Assembly (NCBI RefSeq): GCF_000143415.4
Contig: NW_003314360.1
Span: 166,284-230,283 of the forward strand
Origin: Selaginella moellendorffii
Taxonomy: Eukaryota > Plantae > Lycopodiophyta
Direction: 5' to 3'
Length of the DNA stretch: 64,000 nucleotides
The notes beneath the pieces are model-generated. The model made no database searches, was not told the DNA's origin, and saw only the letters and a list, made by a program, of their open reading frames with translations. A program made the translations under genes and the position numbers. The first letter of the stretch is position 1. Every line of letters begins with the position of its first letter. This document shows positions 27,148 to 39,503 of the stretch, one piece after another.

Positions 27148-30100
27148 ATGCCACAGGTTTGCTTTACATTACAAGTTAGATGTTTTAATAGTTTTGCTTT
27201 TTATTTTAGAGGAAGCGCCGAGGCCAACCTCAATGGTCTCGATCTCCAGGAAAAGGCAGCCGCCTTGATCGCTGTGGGCTTGGCCGATTGAGTGGAGATT
27301 CATCTCAAGTATCTAATAAAGTTTCGGCTAGTCATGCTGGAGGCAACGATGAGTATAACAATGACGTGGATGTTGAGATGAACACTCAAATCGATGTTGG
27401 TGTTATTGAGGCTGTTGGTACTGGTGTTCCTGAGGCTGCGGGTACTGGTGGTGGGGTACTTGCATCTGATGTTGGCGGTGGTGGGGGTGCTATGCCTTCG
27501 GTTGCTGAGGCTGCTCGCGGCCAGGTCAATGAACCAGCTGAGGACGTTATTGGTAGCGTTGTAGGTGGATCTACTACAGAGGCTACTGGGGGCATGGTAG
27601 CTGCTCCTACTGCTCCTCAGGCTGGATCCTATATGGCTGCGAAAGTCTCGTGAGTTTGATGGATTCTTAGGACAACATGTGGAGACAGCAGGGTTCATTG
27701 GAAAGCTCTTTTGGGTGATCGATGGAAACCATAGGTGGCTGGCATTTTGGAAGTGCATTCAAGAGAAGTTCCGAGATGACGAAGAACGACACATTAGTGT
27801 TCCAGTCACACTTGTCGAACCAATGACTCGGGAGCACACTGTCTACAGCTCCTTNNNNNNNNNNNNNNNNNNNNNNNNNNNNNNNNNNNNNNNNNNNNNN
27901 NNNNNNNNNNNNNNNNNNNNNNNNNNNNNNNNNNNNNNNNNNNNNNNNNNNNNNNNNNNNNNNNNNNNNNNNNNNNNNNNNNNNNNNNNNNNNNNNNNNN
28001 NNNNNNNNNNNNNNNNNNNNNNNNNNNNNNNNNNNNNNNNNNNNNNNNNNNNNNNNNNNNNAAACCATAGGTGGCTGGCATTTTGGAAGTGCATTCAAGA
28101 GAAGTTCCGAGATGACGAAGAACGACACATTAGTGTTCCAGTCACACTTGTCGAACCAATGACTCGGGAGCACACTGTGAAGCTCAACATGGCATGCCAT
28201 AAGATCAACATGTAAGAATTTATTTTTTGTAAACTTAGCTAATATCGTGTTTCTGCAGGCTAAACCAATTTGCGTTTCAAGCTCATACATTGGTACATGA
28301 CATTGAGCACCTTCGGTTTATGGGCATGCTCTCGCTAGAGGAGGTCCAAACGTTGTACAATCGTGAGGTATTTGAAGCAATTCGAGTGAAGCTAGCAGCT
28401 AGGAAAGGCCAAGAATTGCAGACTTGGTACCAACTGCCACTTGATTTTCTAGTTGCTGTCTGGGCGAAGGTAAATTATTATTGAAGTATGTATCAACTTA
28501 CATAATGTTTCTTGCAGCCCATAATCAAAGGAGAAAGAGCGTCATTCTTTAAAAATGCCCGAGGGGACGAGCAGCAGAAGGAGATGGAGTGGCATGCGAT
28601 TGAGCAGCGAATTTTGAATACGAAGAGAACAAAGGTGAAAAAGTTGCTCTCGATTGCAGACATACGACGCGGGCAGGAATGGCTTGATAGCATTGCCGAG
28701 ATTTGTTCTCGCGTTCGTAAGTTCTTATAAAATTTGTGAAACATTTCATAACTCTTTGTGTGTGTAGGAACTGGTAAAGCACCGGAGGAACTCATTTACA
28801 ACATCTCTAAGAGTAAAATGTCCTTTGCTGAACAAAGTGTCTGCTTGGAACTTCTCAACACTTGGCTGCGAAATAACGAAAAACGCTGCGAGATAAGGAT
28901 GGAGAAGGTGATGAAGGAGAAGGCGTACATTTCTCAGAGTATTGCCGCTGGTGAGGAGATGCTACAAGTCTGGGATGAGAAGTTTCTTTCCAGCACCTGC
29001 ACAGGTATCACTCTCAAAGAATATATTCGTGCTTGTCTTGTGGAGCTAGGGAATGGTTGGCTTCCACGTGGTGGGACGAGTTCGGCTGAGTTCAAGAACC
29101 AACCAGGACAACCATTTCTTGCGAGGCGCATGGTTTACAGGTATTTTTTCAATTCTCATTTATATATTGGTATTTATATTTTTGTTTTACTTTGTAGATA
29201 TTTAAAATATAGCCCCGGCGCACCGGTATACACAACCGGTTGCAGAAGCTCCTGACTAGAGGCAAGAAGCTTGGGATGTATGAGCCAGAGTTCTACTGTC
29301 CTTGTACACATGAGAGGGAGCTATGCCCGTGGTACCTTGAACTCGTGGAGCAGATGCCAACATCGGACTTCGAGCTAGATCTCTACCTTGAATGTCATCC
29401 AGGTTCACTTGAAACTCAGCACTTAGCTAGGAAATATTAACCTTGAGTTATATTTTTATTTTCCAGAGGCTCTTTCTGACTGTGATAACGACATTATTGA
29501 AGTTCAACAACTAAACCTAGAAGTCAGCACTCAGGAAACCATTCAGGAGATGGCAAATCCAAATACCGTCGAACCAGAGGAAATTGTACAGGAAATTCCA
29601 GCACAAGAGATTCCAGTACCTGCTCCTCGCAACCCCCGAAGGGGCCGTCATGAAACCTTTCATGAGAGTAAGGACTTTGATTTGGAACATTCTTTTATTC
29701 ATTCTTAACTTCACTTTTTTTTTTTATAGATGTTGCAGAGAGCAGCCATCAGTCTTTTCGGCGGACTAAGACATTCTTCCCATCCCTCCCTACGGCTACA
29801 GATGACGACCTAGAAGAGCTCTCCTCTGCAGCGATGCATAAACAGGTTAGTAAGCATGAATTTTATCTTCAACTTTTAGTTCTAATAATTGATTTTCAGG
29901 TTCGCCCTCTATCCCCAATGGCCAGTGTTGGGGAAGTTGCTATTCTCATTGGGGATTACACACAGCTTTTAGATGCTACTAGTCGGGAGCTCTGCATGCT
30001 TGATCGGTGGATCCATGGTTTGGGTCAGCTCACACCTTATGGGAAGATCGATTTCATCTTTTTTGATCTTCCCGATGGGATGGCACCACCGCAGGGGGAT

Positions 30101-30998
30101 ACTCCGTCATGGAATGTGTTGCAGGCCCAACACATTTCCCAAGCCTTAAAGGTTGCGAGCAGCTTCATGACATATGAGGGTGTGGTTGTCATGATCCTTC
30201 CTCGCTCTCTAATGTGGGAAGGCCTTCTCGCACACTTGGCTGACAACGATGATGGATTTGTTGAGTTTTCATCTGGCTGCCTTCTTTCGAGTATGGCGGT
30301 GGACACAAAAGGCACTAGCAGGCAGACGTGAAAGGTGTGTGACTTCTTTATTTATAAATTAACTCTATTCTATTTTTTTTTCCAGATTTATTCCTGGAAC
30401 TACCATGCTCTATGCCACATTGGGAACCGGCGTAATGCCACACGAGCTGACGAGCGTGCTGCTCTTGCTTTACCAGGATATGACAGCTCTACAGACATCA
30501 TCCCAAATGTGATTGACTCGGACGTTCTTCACCCAGCGTTCCCTGGTTATCGACATCGTTCGGTCACGGCCATGCAAATCTTGTTGGAGTTATTTTGTCC
30601 GCCAAAGGGGATTGTGCTTGATGCTACAGCAGGATTTGGATCAATGGTGCAGGCAGCAAAAGAGACAGGCTGAGCAGTTTTTGCACTTGAGAAGGAGGGT
30701 GCCTTTGAGGACATTCTTAGGAGATTTTGCGACAGGTGATGTTAGTGCTTGAAATAATCTATAATATTTATTCTCAAATGTTTCTATTTTATTAGGTCTA
30801 AACTTATCACACACAGTGTTTCAGTCCACACGCTTGATCTTGATGATATGGATGATCATATGGACCAAAGTCAATTCCACTTACCTATTTATGTTGAATG
30901 TATGGCACAACATTACATACAACACGAGCCTATAGTGAAGGAGCATTCCACTATACCCATTTCTACTTTTCTGGATATGGAAGCAAAAGAAGATTGAA
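27148..30998 (+). pseudogene. MULE cargo gene: NLS + ParB/Srx-like domain + beta-class N6A/N4C DNA methyltransferase-like domain (multi-exon, few disabling mutations)
   Basis: N-terminal RKRR. ParB-type LFWVIDGNHRWLAF. MTase-like ILIGDY..KIDFIFFDLPDG (motif IV-like) comes before ILLELFCPPKGIVLDATAGFGSMVQAAKETG(R)AVFALE (motif X-I-II), which is beta-class order. About 10 short introns; stops at 30329 and 30671 are consistent with CGA>TGA. Confidence 0.75.
27855..28061. other. Assembly gap flanked by duplicated sequence
   Basis: 27726-27842 is repeated at 28062-28178 across the gap. Confidence 0.9.
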
Positions 30999-33458
30999 TA
31001 TATTCTGATTTTAATATAAATTATATTGTTTAATATATTATTTTCTTTTTTTGTAGACTAAAAGATTAGTTCATGTCGAACCAATAATCTACATGAGCTT
31101 ATGGAATACCTTAAACACCTAGATTTTATGTTAAAAATTCTTGGTTCGGGACGAACTAAGGTAGTGCCATTAAACTTTCGCTAGTTAGGGGATTGTATTG
31201 ACTTCCTTTGACTTTCGTTGACTTTCATTGACTTGAGCTCAGCTCAAAAACTACCCAGCCCCCTTCAACTAGGGTATTTGTTCCCCCGACTTGCCAATCT
31301 CACTTAGCAAGTCATCCGGCCACCGTAACATGGTTCATGCATAAGCGTGAAAGTCCTTAACCATCGACTTTTGTTCAAAGCCCTCTCTTTGAACACTCGG
31401 GAACTACTTCCCTAACCTTGATAGCCTCGCCTCATGGCAAGCTTCAAGACCACGCTTCTGCTGTACCACTCTGATTTCGCACATTCTACGAACCATTTAC
31501 ATTTGGCTGACTAGGTACTTATCTACCTAAGGGAATGTTCAAGGAGCTATGTTCCTTAGCTTGCTAAGGTTTCTCTTTTCGCAAGCTTTCCAATTACTAT
31601 ATAGTCTAACATGGACAATCCCATGCTTTAGACTCTCCATGGCATCCCGGTCGTTAGTAACAACATGTTTGAGTGCCCACTTGATTCTCCACTCCCAACT
31701 TGTATAACCACCCTTGGTCATGCCTGTCAATTCCTATGGTTCGGTTCTATCCTTTTACTACTTGCCTTTTGGCCTCATGCATTTCCTTCAGTTATTCTCC
31801 TCTAGACTAAGAAGATAGCTTTGCACTTTCTACCATGCCTTGGCAAGTATTCATAGGGATGAACCTACCTGACAGCCTAGGGAGTGGTTCCTCAATCCGG
31901 GTTTGCTCACTTTGTAATCCCACACAATGCTCTATTTCGTTAAAGTGGGATTTATTCAGTAAAATGGGACTAGGTACAAATTTTCAAGTATTTGAAAATG
32001 ATGTGAAATTATATGTTTTTTGTCCAGGGGCTAGACATATCTGGGGCATGGTGACTAGCGCGGTGACTTTGTGTTTAGACTGAGTCCATCTGGTTGTATA
32101 ATAAATCTCATTGTCAAGGTGAACAAGCCGAATCTGAAGCTAAAGAAGAGCGATGGCATGCGCGCACACATTATTTATTTGTTCATTGAGCGTGTGGTGA
32201 GCTTTCCAAGATGAACGTCATTCCTATTAGCCAGACATATAACTTAATGGTGAGAACATTTAGATATTATTTAATGTTATCTTTTTCTAACGAATCTAAT
32301 TGTGAAGGTGTAGCAAGAGGCATTGCTAGTCTGGAGAAGTCATTTAACTCATTTGACCCTTAGTGTATTTTCATGAAACTAAATAACATTCATATTATTA
32401 AGGAATTTCTCTAGTACCTTTTTTTTACGACATAGAGGCTTGCATTTCTTTCAAAGGTGATTTAGTAAAAGGCCTGAGGGCACATGCCATTCTATTTCTC
32501 AGACTGGTATTAAGATATACTAGTGCAAAGGGAAAAAGGTATTTGGTGATCAAGTAAATGGCATGAGGGCACACGCCATTATAAGCCTAAGCGCTAGTGG
32601 ACACCTCCTTTTTGGTACTCTCAGCGGTACTATCATCCTTCTCCGGGTCAGTTGTTTTGCTTTGGATTGTTGTCTCTGACGTTACTGGGGCGTTCTCGAT
32701 AGTTGTTAATGTTGCGGTTTGTTCAAAAAAATGATTACATGGAGTATAGTACGGGGAGTTTGGAAGACTTATATATTCTACATCTTCACCTATCTCCTTC
32801 TCCGTCTCCTTTTCTGCCTCACTTACAGATTTTGTGCTTGCCATGAGAACGCTCTTCACCCTAAAATATGGAGTTCGTTGTGTTATAAAAGGAAACCAAC
32901 ACACACGCTGCAAGGGAATGATGGTACATAAAGCACGTAAGCCCACAATATGGGTTTATGTGCCATTAATATGGGCCACATGCCATATTATTAGATTTAT
33001 GCACGTGTGATTGGTAAATGCATATGTCACATCATCTTTGTTTTACCTCACACACTATATCAGGCCTAATGAACCATATCACATGTGCGCACATGCTATA
33101 TATATGGAGAAGTATTATGTAAGGATAGAAAAATTCAATGCATGATTGTGGAGAGCAATGGCATGAAGCCACATGCTAAATAACATTTTAGAGAAAGAAT
33201 TAAAATAAAAACATGCAAACAGTACTGAGTGGACCAAGACTTAGAAGTGCACAATTGAATGAGGTATTTCTAATAAATATTTCACTCACCTCATATAGGA
33301 ATGGCTACCACTCTCAAATGGCGTATCGCCTCATGCCATCACCTCGCAATTTGTTATAACAATCCGATGAATTCATATTCGGCTTGTTCACCTTGAACTT
33401 TAAGTAAGATTTGCTAGAACAACTAAGAATTTATACTTGTTATTTGTATCATCTCACC

Positions 33459-36382
33459 TAGGAATGGCGTAAGGCCACATGCCATCACGCCTCCTCTGAT
33501 TCAGATTCGGATTGTTCACCTTGAAATAAAATACATTAGAAACTTAGTAAAGGAATATTAATGAATCTCACCTTGAACCTGGGTTATGAATGCTCTTTCT
33601 GCATCTCTTGCATGGTCTAGCAAGGTGATGGTGGCACTCTGCTTCCGCATCCAACCATGCACAACATTATCCACCGATATGCTCATGCTGGGATCCCTTG
33701 GATTCAGCACCCATCTCTTTTCTAGGCAATCCTTCGTATATCCGGAACTTGGCTTGAACCACTCCACAGTTACATTGAAGGAGTTAGTTTCCGTGTCCTC
33801 CTCTGCATCAGTGATGCAGCGCCCCACCCATATCATTTGTTTTTTATTACTGGGTCTGACAAGCACGACCATTCCTTTGCAGACCTGTACTGGATTGAAT
33901 GCTGAATCCGGCTTCTTGTTCCTCGGCCCACAATAGTGATCCTCAACATCGTTATCTGTCACTGCATTTCTAGAGGACATTGTTCCGCTACTATCTGGTG
34001 CTCTGGGTTCTGGCCAAAAGGACTCTTCCAATTCTTCATATACAACTGGCCCATTTTGGATAGCAGATATAATCTTCTCCCAGTATTCGAGCAAAGGCTT
34101 GCACCTCTGAAAATAGGATTCTCCACCAAACACCAACCCCCTCTTCCAGAAGGCAATATGCTGTCTAATCCCGGCCACTATACTCTCCTGGTCTTTGAGT
34201 CCATCCGGGTGCATCGGCCGTGGGGAACCCTAAGGAATCATAGGTTCCCCAGTTATGGGATCTCTCTTGAAGAGTTCAATGCCGTCCACTGGCAGCCACA
34301 CTGTATCCCATTCTCTCATCTTGTACCTCATCACTGGAGCACCGTCACGCATGCTGAAATGAAACTGAAGAGGCTTGGAGTGGCCAATCAGCGTTTCGGA
34401 TCCGTCCCTGATGTAGCCTCTTACAAACCCCTTAAAGTCTGGAACCTCTGTCACAAGTGCAGCTTCAACAGTGCCTTTGATGCAATTTTGGAATTCATTG
34501 TAGAGTTGTGGGAGGGTGAGGACATTGGATCGCCGGAGGGACTCTGCCAGGTGACTGAACATGGCATTGACGTCTTCATGAGTGTGCCCAACCATGAGAA
34601 AGCCAAGTGTAACCGTTTCAAATATGCCTTTGGCAACAAGCATCGCCAAGTACGCGAAGACGTACATGTTTTTGTTCTCACTGCCAGCATTATCTGTTTG
34701 GAGCAGAAGATGGGGTGGAAGGCCACATCAGCTGCAAGAACTTCCTTAAGATTCTGCTTCATTTGGATGAGGCTGTGCATTCACCGGGCGACCAGCCTCG
34801 TCGGAATGGCATGAGGCCTCACGTGATAACCCTACAATCTGATGGCCAACATATTCACTGGGATGGCATGGGGCCCTACGCGATACTGCAACCTTTGCTC
34901 CTCCTCCAGCTGAACCCTGTATGGGGTTCGATCGACAAGGGCCTTATGCAAGGGTTGGCCGTTCAGCTCAGTCTGCGCACTTTGTAGAGACCTTAAGTGT
35001 TTTGCTAGGGACACAATCATCATGTTTGCACCCCCACCACCCCATAGAGGTACAAAGAAGTTCCCATAGTTCTGGGCACCATGCCCATGAGCGATTATGC
35101 CAAACAGAGACACAGGCAGCTGCATGGATGAAGAGATTGCCTTGGGGGCAGGATTGAGTCGAGGTAAGCACGTCTTTTTCTGGTCCATTTTGTCGTGGAT
35201 GATGCAAAGGTAAGAGTCAGGTCTCTCCATGGAGAGAATCCTGTTATGATAATATGCAGTCCTGCAGCTTCTCTGCTCGATGTTGTGGTCGAGCCGCCTT
35301 CTAACCAACGTCTCTCGCTCTTGAGAAATGCAAGAATTCTTCGACAAAGCCATTTTGATAGCAGTGCACTCGTCACACTTTGAAAAGCTGGAATACTTTC
35401 CTATACTCACATCCCTGAACTTGTTGCTCCACAATCTACTAAATCTAGATTGGCTCAGCTTCCTGTAGCCATTACTCTGGAGTTCCCGATTCACATCTTC
35501 CAATATGGCCCCCTTGGTATACATGGAAGGGAGAACTCGTTGGGTGTCTCGAGTTCCATCTTCCAAGAGGTGGGTTTTATGTGGTTGCTGCTCGCTACAT
35601 GTCTCGACAAACCTCTTGAAGATTGCCTCTCCATATACAACATGACCCCTGGTTTTGTGAGTACCGTTGTTCCCATGGACTGCCTGTTGAACCCTTTGTT
35701 CCTCGAACTCAGTTTTGATTCTGTAGAATGTGGTTCAAGGGACTCCATAAATGATTCTCCATGCCTTCATGCAGACCAAACCCCTCTGGAAGACCATGCC
35801 CCCCACCTGATGTTCTAAAGCATCAACAGATGACCGTAATGCCTCATACACAAAATTGCGAGCTGCCTTCCAGGACAATGTCTTGTATCTTGCTCTCTCC
35901 TCTTCAATAGCATCCCAATCAGCATGTTGATAGCACCTCCTCTTGCAACAAACAACTGTCGAGACCATTCGAATCTCCATTGCCATTTTCTGCCTTTTCG
36001 GTTCGTTGCTCAGATCCCTTTGGCTGTGCTTTAGGAAGGTGTACTTTCTTTTCCCATGAAGAGATGTTCTATCATCAGTTGTAGTGGTGTTTGATTGTGA
36101 ATCCTTCACATTCTCAAACACTAAGTGCCTCAATTTCCACCGCACAATGTTTCCAATAGTCAGACTGTTTTCTTCTGTGTCAACAACCTCTAAAATCGCA
36201 ACTCCAATATCATCCCAACCCAATTCTTGATTAGCAACCGCATCTCTTGGATCGACAACTGTGGCTAAGCCCTCAGCTACCACCTCCCCCTCGGGGTTGT
36301 TTAGAAACACCTTTGCCTGAATCCATGTAGCACGGTTCTTAAGATCCACGGAGGGAACATGCGTCGCACTTGTGGAGGCCAT
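33459..36382 (-). pseudogene. Sola-like transposase (disrupted) with N-terminal En/Spm-Tnp1-like beta-barrel and C-terminal Tudor/BAH-like segment
   Basis: FSKCDEC, LCIIHDKMDQ (D1), LLLQTDNAGSENKN (D2), FLMVGHTHEDVNAMF (the usual D3 appears as N). N-terminal GEVVAEG..IGVAILEV..IVRW; C-terminal GMVVLVRP..IWVGR..VTVEWF. Frameshift near 35735 and stop at 34230. Confidence 0.78.
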
Positions 36383-36689
36383 TCTGAAAGTGCAGAAAAG
36401 AAGTTAAGACCATACAAAAAATGATTGGAGAATGGCCTAAATCATAACATACCAAACAACCTCAATAGCATGAGGCCACATGCCATTATTCAAACATGCT
36501 ATTGACACCCACGTGAAATTTCGCATTCACAAAATTGGCATGAGCCCTCATGCCATTAGTGGTACCACTAATGGCATGAGGCCTCACGCTATCTTTGGCC
36601 CCTGCTAGCCTATTGCCATATTCCTTTTGCCTTGCTGCAACTGTATATATTTTTGTGTGCGTGACTAGAGTTCGAGAATTCAAAAATAA

Positions 36690-38615
36690 CACACACTTGA
36701 ACGTCACATCAAATCCTCTGACAAACCAGATCTTATGATTCCTCTGACAAATTTCAAACTGAGTAGCTTCTAGACTTTGCTGTCGGAGGTTGAACTTTGT
36801 CACATCATGTCCTTGCCTCAATCCAGCTGTGCCATGTCAATGATTCGAACTTTGCCATGCCATGTTAGCGATCTGCGCCAAGATTATTCGCCGTGTAAAG
36901 GAATAATTATGCTGTGTGTGTACGTCCATTTATGGCAATATAAGGCCACACGCCATTCAAAGAATAATGCTAGTCGAGCATTTTTTGGTGCATTTTTGGG
37001 TTCAAAATTGCATGAGCCCACACGCTATAAAGTTTACCTGTACCAAAAATAGAAATAGCTTTATTTACTTGGGAATTTAAGTGGTTGAGGCATTTTTAAA
37101 CTTACAAACACATGCCCTACTTACATTCCTTTGGTTGCTTAAAATTCAAAAATATTATAAACCTTTCTTTTTGCATTTTCCAATGTTTTCAATTATGGTT
37201 TTTGATTTTCGCAGGACCAGCCTAGTAATCTATTTGCATCCCGTCATGTTTATAGCTAGCTTTCGTTTGTCCCTTTCGCTAGCCTGAGATACATCTGCTC
37301 GGCATCTGCCTCTTACAGCATTTGCCCAGAAAGGGCATCTTTCTTCACGCAGCATTTGCCACATGTTTAGGGTTTAGGGTTTAGCAATTCAGTAGCTTGA
37401 TAAACATGCAAATACAGAACTTGATGCAAAATCCTTTGATATGTCACAATGCCCCTAGGACCATAAACACATTTCAATATAAAGGGTCCTTTCATTTCAT
37501 AACTCCTTACGTAGATCTTGGTGAAACCAGAGTTAGTGAAGTTAGTTTCTTGTGATCCCACATTTGATTGTGATGTCCCTTTGCAGTGTCGATGGAAAAG
37601 TCAATGCACACCAAACTGTAAAATCTTGGAGCAAAATAACGGTCGGATCTATGGCAAATGCCCCTAAAACATTGTAAGACTCGTGTGGTTTCATGTGGTG
37701 TCCGATCGAGACGCTTCTTTGCAGGGTCATCAAGAAAAACATTGTATAGCATTCTGTAAAATCTAGTTGCGATCTAACGGTTGGATCTCCAGAAAAATCA
37801 AAAAAATCTCGCGCGTGTCAGAATATTCTAGGAATATACTCCTATGTGCCCCTGAAAATGGCATGCGGCCCCACGCCATTCAAGAGATAACGCCAGATGA
37901 CGCCGAGCATTTTTTGGTGCATTTTCTGGGATCAAAATTGCATGAGCTCACACGCTTGAACGTCACATCAAATCCTCTGACAAACCAGATCTTATAATTC
38001 CTCTGACAAATTTCAAACTGAGTAGCTTCTAAACTTTGTTGTCGGACGTTGAACTTTGTCACATCATGTCCTTGCCTCGATCCAGCTGTTCCATGTCAGT
38101 GATTCGAACTTTGCCATGCCATGTCAGCGATCCGCGCCAAGATTATTCGCCGTGTAACTGCTCGACATCTGCCTCTTACAGCATTTGCCCAGAAAGGGCA
38201 TCTTTCTTCACGCAGCATTTGCCACATGTTTAGGGTTTAGGGTTTAGGGTTTAGCAATTCAGTAGCTTGATAAACATGCAAATACAAAACTTGATGCAAA
38301 ATCCTTTGATATGTCAGGACCATAAACACATTTCAATAGAGAGGGTCCTTTCATTTCATAACTCCTTACGTAGATCTTGGTGAAACCAGAGTTAGTGAAG
38401 TTGGTTTCTTGTGATCCCGCATCTGATTATGATGTCCCTTTGTAGTGTCGATGGAAAGGTCAATGCACACCAAACTGTAGAATCTTGGAGCAAAATAACG
38501 GTTGTATCTATGGCAAATACCCCTGAAACATTGTAAGGCTCGTGTGGTCTCATGTGGTGTCCGATCGAGATGCTTCTTTGCAGGGTCATCAAGAAAAACA
38601 TTGTATACCATTCTT
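36690..38615. repeat. Internal duplication in the Sola-like intergenic region, with telobox tracts
   Basis: 36690-36897 is similar to 37950-38157, and 37300-37757 to 38160-38613; (TTTAGGG)2-3 near 37366 and 38228. Confidence 0.85.
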
Positions 38616-39503
38616 TATTTAGCTGAACATCTGGCATTTTTGGAAATACAAGATGCTTTGGAATATCCAATCATGCATGGTATAAATATAGCGAGGGTAT
38701 TAAATGATATCCCAATCATGATCTTTCTTTTGGATTTCGCGTGCATGCAGTCCGAAGAATGATGACGTTGCGGATTTCTTTTGGATTTCACGTGCATGCA
38801 TGCGCGCGGCGATCCAGAAATTAATGGTGGCGCCCAAGTCCGAGGAATGATGACGTTGCGGGATTACCAACCGTCGTGACATTTCGCGCGTGTGAGGTTA
38901 GGTTTTGCATCGTACTCGTGCTCGCACACTCGCGCTCACATCACGCTCCCACTCGCGATCACGCTCACATTCGCGCTCATCTACCTTCTCTACAGGTTTC
39001 TCGTGTGCATCGGCGTCCACTCACGCTTGCATCACACTCGCGCTCGCATCGCGCTTGTGTGCATTGGCGTCCACTTCAAGACACACCCAGTTTATAATTT
39101 TGCCGCCAACTCCACCACCCACTCCGCCACCCACACGCAGCCCACTTGGCGTCCCGGGAGATTTCAGCGCCACTCTCCAACTGTAAGTGGCAGAGTAGCC
39201 TTGCTGCTACGATCCGCTGCACACACAGTGCACATTCGCCAGCGAGTCCGGCCTCGATTGTCACGCCTCCATTCGGCTTCAAATGGTAAGTCTTTTAGGC
39301 CAAGTAGAAAATGGCATGAGGCCACATGCCATTCAGTAGCAACATTGGCATGCACCGATTGGGCTCTCGAGTGCAGTCCGGTTACAGATGGCGTGTAGCC
39401 TCACACCATCTTAGGATGCAGCCTCAAGACATCTGATGCAATGGTGAATGGCGTGTGGCCTCACGTTATTTCCAGCTGCTAGCTTTTCATCTGTCAGCTC
39501 TAA

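Larger units (their letters stand above)
22328..31261. mobile_element. Full-length Mutator-like DNA transposon (MULE) with transposase and divergent cargo gene
   Basis: Exact 9-bp TSD ccttcaact (22319-22327 and 31262-31270). Imperfect TIRs GAGCCCGGGTAGGTTTTGAGCTC / rc GGGCTGGGTAGTTTTTGAGCTG. The empty site ggctccttcaactagggt is seen near 19755 and (rc) near 61600. Confidence 0.93.

Noticed and set aside
27726-28178. Tandem duplication of the ParB-motif exon
   Set aside because: Identical copies directly flank an N gap, so this is most likely an unmerged contig overlap.
32587-32946. 119-aa minus-strand ORF near the Sola-like left end
   Set aside because: Low-complexity with no motif; it could be a distal exon but this cannot be supported.
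33936-34814. 292-aa plus-strand ORF
   Set aside because: Antisense shadow of the Sola-like transposase.
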